DNA from: Mesotaenium endlicherianum
Taxonomy: Eukaryota
Direction: 5' to 3'
Assembly (NCBI GenBank): GCA_009602735.1
Contig: WELA01000853.1
Coordinates: 70,130 to 90,129, forward strand
Length of the DNA stretch: 20,000 nucleotides
Part shown: positions 1-9,201 of the stretch, one piece after another
How positions within the stretch are numbered: position 1 is the first letter of the stretch
How the letters are laid out: every line of letters starts with the position of its first letter
Translations under genes and position numbers: made by a program
The notes under the pieces: model-generated
What the model was told of the DNA's origin: nothing
The model's input: only the letters and a program-made list of their open reading frames with translations
Databases searched by the model: none

Positions 1-352
1 GGCAAAAGTCAAATTCGTCATTTTTAGGTCAAAATGACATGTGTACATTATTCTAGAAAGAGGTGGCAAGTTCTGGGATGTGTTGGGTGCCAACACATCA
101 ACATACACCTTCCTACAAATTACTTATGTAGCAAGTATATAAACAAGAGCTAGAACATAGAAAGACATTCGAGAATCACTCTTGTACTTGCCACAATCCA
201 GAAATATATTAACTTTCAAGAAGCCATCTCTCTTTCAAGAAGCTACCACTTGTGTTCAAAGATCCTTGTCTTGAATAGATAAAGTATTCTATTTTACTAA
301 GTACTTTATCTATCTGTTTCATTGCAGTAGCCCTCCTGTCTGCCCTGTCTGA

Positions 353-1694
353 CTAGGTCTCCGTGCCTGCAGATGGGCTCTGTCCTCTGGCAGTTCCCAA
401 CCAAGTGATGTCCTCCTCTTCAGCGAGCTGTTGCAAGGCCATCTCAGTCTTCTCCCTTACAGGGGATGGGGCAGGTGTCAGGACCACAGCGGGGCTAGTG
501 TCCTCCTCCTCGCCTTCCTCTTCTTCCTCTGACCGCTCCTCCTCTCCTTCCCCTGGTTCCTCTGAGACCGCTGGGGTTTCCTCTGTCAGCTGCTCTAGCT
601 CTTCCCGAGAAAAAGAGTACCCCACTGACCTTCCCCTTTTGGGTGCTGGTGGAGGCTGTTAAGTCCGGACCGCATATAGGTCCTTTTCTCCCTGCTTGCT
701 TGCCCATTTGGCATAAGCATGCTTCCCTTTAGAGAATGACTCACGGGGCCCTGCTCCTGTCCTCCTGCATTTCTTGGCTCATGCAGTCTCTTACTCCATC
801 CCATCTTGGGTCCCAAGCTGCAATGTGAGGAGGCAACAGTATGTTTCCCTGTAGGTTTGTTAGGCAATCCTCATCCTTTGCCTTGTCATTCTGCTGGTCC
901 CTCGTGTCGATGGTCATCCACCGCCAATCGATGGGCTTCTGGAAAAAGGCAGAGTCTGTCCTTTTCAGGGTGCACGGGTACCAGTGCCCTGCGAAGTCCA
1001 GCTGACTGGTTTCCCTGGCCAAGAACTCCCAGCTTCTCCTCTCCACCTCATTATACATGGCCATGAACCGGTTATAGGGTGTAGAGTCCTTGAAGCTGTC
1101 CGCGTCCATGGGGATCATCCTGATGACCCTATCCTTTCCCCAGATACTTGGGATCGATACAGCTCCTGTCTCATTCATTTGGGCCATTGCCTTGGCCTCT
1201 CTGACTGTATACCCTACCATCCTGGCATAATCGTGGTAATGGAGTAGCTCTGTGCTGACCTCAATATACATGTCAAAGTAACCTGATGTCTCCCCTTCCC
1301 TTTGCACGATGTCCTGCTGTGCCACACTGCGACTTCTTTGGACATACTTGAAGGCCTCCTCCAGTAGATCAAAGCCCTTGCCCAGTATTGTGTAGCGGTA
1401 GCTGCTAATTCTCCTCTGTTCTTCTTCTTCAGCCTGCTGCTTCCGCCTCTCCTCGGCTTGCCTCTCCTCTTCCGCCTTCTTGGCCTCCTCTGCAGCTTTT
1501 CAGTCCAGTTCTTCTTGCCTGAGCCTGGCTTGCTCCTCCTCCTCCTTCTTCTTCTATGCCTCCCGCTGTTGTTGGAGTCGTTGTGATTCTCGAACGGAGA
1601 TGGAGGAAGATTCGATGTCGCCACGGAATTGCAAGTAACCTGCATGTGCCTCTTCCGCTCTTCCCTTCCTCTTAAGTTTCGACTTCTGGGTCAT
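353..1694 (-). pseudogene. Degenerate ~447-codon ORF of unknown function downstream of Ty3/gypsy pol (E/K/R-rich coiled-coil N-terminus, globular middle, acidic tail)
   Basis: The ATG at 1694 (MTQKSKLKRKGRAEE...) is in frame with ORF 741..1325 once a TAG and a TGA are read as CAG and CGA. One frameshift near 745-770 plus one TAA joins it to ORF 353..625 (RESFSKGKHAYAKWASKQGEKDLYAVRT*QPPPAPKRGRSVGYSFSREELEQ...). No family recognised. Confidence 0.6.
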
Positions 1695-1916
1695 CCTGCT
1701 CAATCGTAAACTTAATGCAGTCAGTGGAGTCATGATACTTTGCCGCTACTAAGTGTCCGTAGTTAAGAAGAACGTGATAGGGAGAGTCCTTAATGTGTAG
1801 TACCTTGTGTAAGTGAGTATAAGAGAGAATTGAGTTAGAGAGAAAAAGTGAGTATGAGCGCAGGTTGAGTGTGTAGAGTGGTTATAAAAATTTCCCTGGC
1901 TGATCCCGAAACGGAA

Positions 1917-2003
1917 CACACTCCCTCCAACTTAATTGTAAGGTGGGCTGTTTGTCAAGACTGTCACTATCTATCACTAATCGTCACATTGCCCTCCGAC
2001 TTA
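1917..2003 (-). promoter_or_regulatory. Two similar polypurine tract (PPT)-like motifs, each followed by TGTG, at the end of pol
   Basis: Minus strand TAAGTCGGAGGGCAA-TGTG (2003..1985) and TAAGTTGGAGGGAG-TGTG (1934..1917), at the position where chromovirus PPT/3'LTR junctions normally lie. Confidence 0.45.
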
Positions 2004-5000
2004 TATGGAGACAGGACCTCCTGTCACCTGTCCATGGCCACTGAAATGACAGTAAGGGAGGGGCGCCAGCCGCCCGAAGGTAGAACCGTTTTAACGCCCC
2101 TTTGGCATTGGTCAGCTGGTCTTCAAATTCCCAAGTGTCTCCAGAGGCGTTGTAACCCTTCCATCTGACCAGGTACTTCATGACATGTTTAGATGAGCGA
2201 CGGACAGAGCGAGCGTCTAAAATCTCCTCGACCTCATATTCCTCAGGGTCACCATCCCGGACAGCGGGGACCGGTCCGGGTTGGACAGGTAACCGACCTG
2301 TGAACAGTGCGTCACCTTTGATGTATGGTTCCAGGAAGGAGACATTAAAGACCGGGTGGCCCTTATATTTTGCTGACATGTTCAGTTTGTAAGCATTTTG
2401 ATTGACACGGCGCACCACCGAATATGGACCGACCCAGACAGGACCATGCTTTTTCTTGACCACACCAGGTAGGTACAGGTGCTGAGAATGCAGTTTGACC
2501 AAATCGCCCTTAGTAAATATCAGTTCACGACGGTGCTGATTAGCGTATTTTTGTTGGTTTTCCTGGGCTTTCTGCAGGTTCTGTTGGACTTCTGACAGGG
2601 TGTCAGCAAACTCCTGTGTTAACTGGAGGGAGACCGGATTGTCAATCCCTTCAAGGTGAGTTAAAGACTCCCCCAATACATCTAAAGGAGACTTAGGGAC
2701 TCTACCCAAACCGAGTTCAAAAGGAGTCTTGCTCGTTGACGCGTGCACCGCACTGTTGACCGCAAACTGGATTTGAGGTAACAAATCATCCCAATCATCT
2801 TGTTTTTGGTTAATATAGGCTCTCAGTACCTCTTGCAGAACTCGGTTAGTTCTTTCAGTCTGCCCATCAGTCTAAGGGTGGTTTGCTGTGCTGAGCAGCT
2901 GCCTGACTCCCATTAACCCCATTAAAGCTCTCCAGAACTTAGAGGTAAACTTTGAGTCTTTGTCTGAGATGATATTAGAGGGTAGTCCATGTTGGCATAC
3001 TACATGGTTGTAGAACTGTCTCGCTGTTTTGAGTGCAGTTACTTTGACAGTTGTGGGGATATAAATGACCATTGTTGTCAGTTTATCCACGACTATCAGT
3101 ATGGAATCATGCCCAGTGGCAGTTCTTGGTAGTGTTACCACCCAGTCCATGGATATTTTCCCAGTGGCCAACTGGGATGGGCAGCGGTTGTAAGAGGCCC
3201 CCCGGTGGTGTGCTTAGACTTATTCCTTTGGCACTGGTCACAGGACTTAACATATTTCAAGACCTCCCGAGGTAATCCCTCCCAATGATAATGTTTTGCC
3301 ACTTTGCCAACGGTCTTGGCCTGCCCCAAATGCCCACCCAATAAACTGTCATGGGTTTGACTCAGTAAAAGAGACCTTATTTCCAAGTTATTAGGAATGA
3401 CTAGCTTCAGCCTGCCTAAAGTGGTTTCAGTCACCCAGACCCCACCCTTAAGTCTATACCCGAGTGCAGTAGCAGGACACACACCGTCAGTGGGGCTGGG
3501 CTCAAATGTTGTATTAGAAAGGTAGGGTTTCCTAAGTTGTTCAAGGAAGGACTTTTTCACCTTTAGTGAAGTCAGTGCACAAAGGTCTTTCTCTACAGCA
3601 TGCTGACTAAAGTTCCTTTCTTGCAAGTCAGGTCTTCAAAAGAGTGCATAAGCAGGGTTCAACTTCCCTGGTTTATAGCCAATCTGGACTTGAAACTGCT
3701 CCAGCATCTGGCTCCAGCGGTTCTCCCTCCTCGACAGCTTGGACTTCTTCTGAAAGTGAGTAAGAGCTGAATGATCTGTAATCACCTTCAACGCTTTACC
3801 ATATAAGTATGCTCTCCACTGTTAGAGCACATGAATGATTGCTAGCAGCTCTTTATCATGCACTGAGTGATTAATCTCAGCTGGATTAAATTTCATATAC
3901 TCATACAACACAGGATGCCACTCCTGCTTTACCTTACCATCCTTTATGGTTTTGTCAACAGGCTGCAACAAAATAGCACACATGGCAAAGTCATAGGCAT
4001 CAGTAACCACCTGCACAGTTTTGCTGGGGTCATACACGGCTAGCACTGGGGCAGAACAAAGAGCATCTTTAAGGGTCTGGAAGGCACCCCGCTGCTCTTC
4101 CCCCCACACATACCCTATGTCTTTCTTGGTAAGGGCAGTCAGTTTACTGGCCGTTGTTGAATAATTCTCAATAAAATCTCATATAGTAGTATGCCAACCC
4201 AAGGAAGGATCTAACTTCGGAGACGGATTGTGGTATAGGCCAGTCCCTTATGGTCTGGACCTCCTTAGGATCCACACTGATGCCCTCTTTGCTGACAACA
4301 TGGCCATGGATTTCAATACTTTCTTTGAAGAAATCACACTTGCTCATTTTAGCATACAACTGGTTCCTTCTCAGAGTGTCCATGACTGTCTTTAAGTGTT
4401 CAGCATGCTGAGCTTCATCCTTAGAGAAAATTAAAATATCATCCAAGAAGACTTGCACAAATTTGTCCAGGTAAGGTCTGAAAATGTCATTCATAGCACC
4501 CATGAAGGTTGCAGGAGCATTGGTCAGTCCGAATGGCATCACGTTGACCTCATAGTGTCCATAACGTGTGCGAAAGGCAGTCTTGTGTTCATCCCCCTCA
4601 GCAATTCTGATTTGATGATAATCACTCTTGAGATCTATCTTACTGAACACTATAGCACCAGACAGGGTATCAAGCAAGTCCACGATTTTGGGTAAAGCAT
4701 ACTTGTTCTTTACTGTTATTCTGTTAAAGGCTCTGTAATCAACACACATCCGCGTACTCCCATCCTTTTTCTTAACAAAGAGAATGGGTGCGCCATAAGG
4801 TGATTTACTGAAAGAAATGTAACCATTTTCCTCAAGCTCTGCAATCTGTGTTTTCAAGTCTTTGCTCTCCACATAAGACAAGCCATAAGTGGGTTGCCAG
4901 GGTGGCTGACTCCCAGGTAATAAGTCAATCTTGTGATCCACTTCCCTCTTAGGAGGTAGTCCTGGAGGCATATTGAAAACATCAGCGTACTGAGCAACAA

Positions 5001-5855
5001 TTTTTGCAGCAGTAGGGTGCTCCGGAGGGCTTACCTTGTTCTCAACCACTTCTTCAGGTTGAGGAGGTACCTCTCTTAGCAGCAGACAGAACATTCTGTC
5101 TTCCCTTTGGTTCCAGCTGTCGATGAACTCCATTGCATTCAGCAATTTGCATCCTCCTAGAAGCCTCTTCTTTTCCTTCATTTGCCATCCACACAGGACA
5201 AGAGGAAGAGCACTGGTGGGTGCCAAGTCAGTCTGCCCATCACTGGCTCCTCTCACTTTAACTGTACCTCTGCTCCAACACACTTCAGCTTGATGTCTAT
5301 TAAGCCAGGACCTGCCTAGCACAAGATCATAGAAGCCAGTGTTGAGTACCTCAAATGTAAGCGTTTCAGTTAGAACTGTAATGCCAGAACCTAACTGGAC
5401 CTCAATAGGCTTGGTTATAATTCCTCCCGAGATACTTGAGGCATCTCCAAGGAATACTTTTCTATTTCCTTGGGTGACAGTAGGCAGCCTTAGCCGCTTA
5501 ACTAAGTCCTTATGGATGAAAGTATGTGACGCCCCTCTGTCAACAAATGCCCTCACCTTCCTACCTGCAATCATGCAATGCAGTAGGATAGGGGGGACTG
5601 TCTTTTCCTGACTTTCGCATTGTTCTCCTGACGTAGCAAAGAAATGTTGGACATCAGGTGGAACAAGATCATCCAAAGTGTGCACTCTTTAGAGATCTAT
5701 ATTGCTGATAGGTCTCCTTTATCTGGTTGTCAGGCATGAATAGTAAATCCAGTTCAGCAGGACCCATCATACCTGCTACGAGGGCAGCTAGTGACGACTC
5801 ACTATCTCTAGCATCCTCACAGTCAGTAGACTAGATTACTGACTGTTGCTGTCTT
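1984..5855 (-). mobile_element. pol: Ty3/gypsy chromovirus-type LTR retrotransposon pol, degenerate (protease-RT-RNase H-integrase-chromodomain)
   Basis: Protease [76 protein letters not shown]; RNase H VVTDAYDFA...DKELLAII; integrase HDSLLGGHLG...CDQC, ISMDWV, ISDKDSKFTSKFW, HP*TDGQTERTNR; GPY module; chromodomain. Frameshifts near 4168 and 3170 and several in-frame stops. Confidence 0.96.
2080..2238 (-). other. Chromodomain at the integrase C-terminus
   Basis: YEVEEILDARSVRRSSKHVMKYLVRWKGYNASGDTWEFEDQLTNAKGALKRFY; the aromatic cage residues Y, W and Y are present. Confidence 0.93.
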
Positions 5856-5859
5856 TTAA

Positions 5860-6557
5860 CACTAGGTATCCCATTGGACCATATATGGTCTAGCTAACCC
5901 CCATTTTTCAGCGCTGACCTCCAGGGTGCTACAGTTGACCAACTGGTACAAATTTTGGCTCAAACGAACCGTACAGATTTGAACCTTAGGCGAAAAAATG
6001 CAAAATGGTCTTCCGATTATTAACGACAAAGTTAGAGTGAAAAGAAGGAGGTTCAAAGTTCAGGTTCACAACAAAATTTCAAGTGAAAAGTCTGTCATAC
6101 CCGAGGTCACTAAAGAGCTCTTAGAGCCATGACTTCTTCAAATGCGCCAAAAATAGTTGTGGGTGGTAAATTACTCATCCTTGCCACCTTCTGGGGAGAT
6201 GCATGGGCGAAAAAGACATTTGGACAATATTACATAGAGTTTTTCTTAGTCGAAATTGTGAGAAAGGAGATTGTGAGGACTAAAAAGGAAAACTCATGGC
6301 TCATAGAAGTGTTGTATGACAAAGAAAAGAAGCAATGGGAGGCATGGCAGGTCAGGCAGTACCTATCTACAGTGCCCGAAGAGTCTTGGTTTTATTTCGA
6401 GCCGCATGTAGTTCGTTTTGGCTTGGTTTCCTCAAGGGCCTCTTTGCTTTCAAATTCGAGAGAGAATGAGGGTCACAGTCTAATTTCGTCCTCCCAAGAT
6501 CCAAATGATGACTCACAGCCAAGGTCTAGTGATGGTGAGGAGGATAAGGAGGATGAG

Positions 6558-6589
<32 letters not shown>

Positions 6590-7597
6590 GGATATTATGA
6601 GGAAGAGGGGCAGGCCTGACACCGGAAGAGGTAAGCAGCTGATGCTCATTGTTCCTACTGTTAAAAATGAGAAAAAGAAGAGGAGGAGAAGGGCAACTGC
6701 TCCATAACCATAATTTCTCCTTAACCATAACTTCTCCAAACATTGTGGTGCACTACAAAACACACAAAGACGCTGTTGATCAATTTTACAAGCTCTGTGT
6801 GAGGGATAAGTTCTTTGTCGAGACTTCTGCTGTGAGCTTAAAGTGGTGGCACAAACTATATTGGGGTCTATTTGATGCTGCCCTGGCCGATGCCTACATC
6901 CTCTACAACCTGGCCCATCCTGAGAGTGACAGGTATCCCTTCATGTTAGATGTTGTAGCGGAGATGACAGACTTCCCTGATCCACATGAGGGGAGGCGCT
7001 TTCGCTGGAGTGCGGGGCGGGCTGGGATTGACAGGTTCCTAGGGAGACACTTCCCTAAGCACCTTCCAGGAGGCTCTAGACCAGGATGTCTAGTGTGCAA
7101 GAGCAAGTTGTATGACCTAGGCCATGAGAAGAGTAAGGTGAGGCCTAGCTATTGGTGCGCAACGTGTGGAGTAGCGCTTTGCCCCGCGCCTTGCTTTGAG
7201 GAGTACCATACCAACAGGCACATAGCACATGTAGATAGTGGCCCCTACAAGCTGAGTAGCAGTAAGAAGTAGGATTGTAGAGCAGAAGAACTGCAACTGA
7301 AACATATATGAAAGACTTTGTGCTCCATAAACAATTCAGCTTCATGTGTGCAAAGCTGTCGATTCTGCAATATTTTGCAACTAATAATTCATTTTTAATC
7401 ATTTTAATTCATTATTTTGTATATAAATATTTATTTGTAAGTAAAGTAAGACCTTACTTTCAAGCTCCACTTTACAGATTACTATTTGCATGTGCAAAGA
7501 ATAAATTATGAATTATCAACTGTGATGCTTTGGTGCATGAGGCACTAAAAAGTACGAAAAATACCCGGACCCCATATGGTCCACTAAGTACAGAGTG
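5860..7597 (+). mobile_element. Internally deleted piggyBac-like DNA transposon
   Basis: Left end TTAA|CACTAGGTATCCCATTGGACCATATATGGTC; reverse complement of right end CACTCTGTACTTAGTGGACCATATGGGGTC (imperfect terminal inverted repeat). It encloses piggyBac transposase remnants. The right-hand TTAA is absent. Confidence 0.8.
6129..7272 (+). pseudogene. piggyBac transposase remnant: N-terminal and acidic region joined to the C-terminus, most of the DDD core missing
   Basis: PNIVVHYKTHKDAVDQ resembles P.iv..YN..MGGVD; KWWHKLYWGLFDAALADAYILY; C-terminal Cys-rich domain RHFP...CLVC...SYWCATCGVALCPAPCFEEYH. The N-terminal ORF 6129..6707 with a poly-E tract is in another frame. Confidence 0.88.
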
Positions 7598-7806
7598 TGC
7601 CTCCACAAAGCTACTGATTAGAATGAAGTGAAATTTGTTTCATATGATAGGTAAGACACATGCCTACCCCAAATTAAATCAACAACTACTGCTTCCAAAT
7701 AGGTACGGGTTCCCGCTACATGGCTTTCAGCCTGATTTTTGACATTTTCGTTATCGTGGTTCTCCATGTCTCGGGAGTTGCTAGTTTGAGACATTGTCCT
7801 TACCAT
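7598..7806 (-). pseudogene. Probable N-terminal fragment of gag, truncated at the piggyBac end
   Basis: An ORF starts 22-34 nt after the PBS (MVRTMSQTSNSRDMENHDNENV...). The call is positional only; no gag motif is seen. Confidence 0.4.
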
Positions 7807-7827
7807 ACAAAGAAGACTGTGATAACT

Positions 7828-7839
7828 GCTCCGATACCA
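7828..7839 (-). promoter_or_regulatory. Primer binding site complementary to initiator tRNA-Met
   Basis: Minus strand ...TTTCA-G-TGGTATCGGAGC, one mismatch to the canonical TGGTATCAGAGC and 1 nt from the LTR-terminal CA. Confidence 0.85.
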
Positions 7840-7840
7840 C

Positions 7841-8558
7841 TGAAATGTTTCGACTTACTAAAAAGGCAATTAATAATTAATGAGGATCTTTATATCGGCA
7901 AGGAATCTTTATGGTATTTTCTGTTGATTGATTAAACGGCAAAAGACAACACACTAGCAGTGGAGAATACTCCGAAGTCAAATGGAAGTAAACTAGCATC
8001 AATAATGCAATCAGTAAACTCACACATATGCAAGGCTAGGAGACAGTGCATATCAATGGCTTCTCGCCTTGGATTCAGATCTCTCTCAGTAAGCTGTACA
8101 AGATAGTTGGCCTTGTTTCCGAATGCCCAACTCGAGAGCAATACCTAGCATATGTACATGGAATGAGTTTACTGTTCAACGGCCAGTGCGATGGCACCGC
8201 CTACCTGGGAGTTAACCACGTTGGTAGGACCTCGGTTAACCAAATCCACCGCCATGTTCTATCATCCCGAATCGCCATCCATCCTAAGGATGTCATCTGG
8301 CCATTCATCTAGCACACCACACTTAGATGCATATTTAGGCAGTCGCTGCTACCGAGTACGAAAGTCAGCTGGCTGTCAAAGAATGTGTCAGCAAGCTGAC
8401 CTAAGTTGACTTCAGCCTGCTGCCCCCGGCTGAGTCGTTTAACTGATTGTTTTATAAAATCCAGCAGACTCAATATTAACTATAGTTCAGCAGGCTGAAC
8501 TTATTTAAGTATTATATTTAAATGAATATTATATCAACCAATATACTGATTCATTACA
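7841..8558 (-). repeat. 5' LTR (718 bp) of an LTR retrotransposon
   Basis: Begins TGTAATG exactly where the YR reading frame is cut and ends CATTTCA just before the PBS (6/7 terminal inverted match). TATA-like TTTTATAAAA near 8450-8459. The partner LTR is not in the window. Confidence 0.75.
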
Positions 8559-9201
8559 ATAAGGCACTTGTGGCATGAAGCACTGCCCAATCACCTATCT
8601 TCTGTTGGGCACTCTTGGCCTCTGGGATAGACATCCAAACAGCTTGGATAGCTTGTTCTCCTATCATCTTGACAGCCTCATGTCTAATCACTCTCAGATG
8701 AGAGTATCTAAGTGCTGCTGTATACATGAAAAGAATGCAAGCAGCTCTCATAAGCTTGTCTGTTGGAGCATCTTGATAAGCATATAACTGCATGATTTCT
8801 GACACCTTGCCAAGGCTAATAGGGGCCTTGCACTGATCAGGCCTAGGCAAGATCTTTTCTGCAGTCCTCCTGAGATTTCTCATGCCCAGACTCTCTGTAG
8901 GGCTCTGCATGTTAAGCAAATTATGCATACAGAATATAGCAGCCGAGGACAGCTTGAACACGAATATAGAGACTCCTATATCCAGCAAGTGGAGGAAATA
9001 GAGCCTTACTACTTGCTCCGAGGCAGGGAGGTCTTGAACTTGCATCTCCAGGCACCACTGCTGGAATCTCCTCCAGTAGCAGTCATAAGTTCTCAATGAG
9101 CTAGGGGCCATCGTCTTAAGGGCCATCTCCATGCCAGTAGCCTCCAGCTTGCTCAGAACAGGGTGGGTAGCCACCCATATGTCTGCGTGGATCCCGGCCA
9201 T
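8559..9201 (-). pseudogene. Tyrosine recombinase, N-terminal two thirds
   Basis: APSSLRTYDCYWRRFQQWC (SAM-like domain), SAAIFCMHNL, KAPIS, FMYTAALRYSHL (first catalytic Arg), IPEAKSAQQKIG. The HxxR/Y half is absent because of the LTR insertion. Overlaps the methyltransferase frame at 9116-9201. Confidence 0.88.

Noticed and set aside
53..99. 10-bp hairpin (77-99) with a nearby CTAG, as a Helitron 3' end
   Set aside because: The spacing is ~20 nt, CTAG is not followed by T, and there is no other Helitron evidence.
1214..1645. R/K-rich 143-aa ORF resembling a protamine or nucleocapsid protein
   Set aside because: It is an alternative frame of the E-rich coiled-coil region of the 353..1694 ORF.
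2038..2048. 11-nt match CCACTGAAATG to the LTR/PBS junction at 7837-7847
   Set aside because: Many 11-mer matches are expected by chance in 20 kb, and the similarity does not extend.
7860..8420. Possible ORF or YR C-terminus (THSL, HGG) inside the LTR
   Set aside because: Stop density is about random and there is no coherent HxxR...Y motif.
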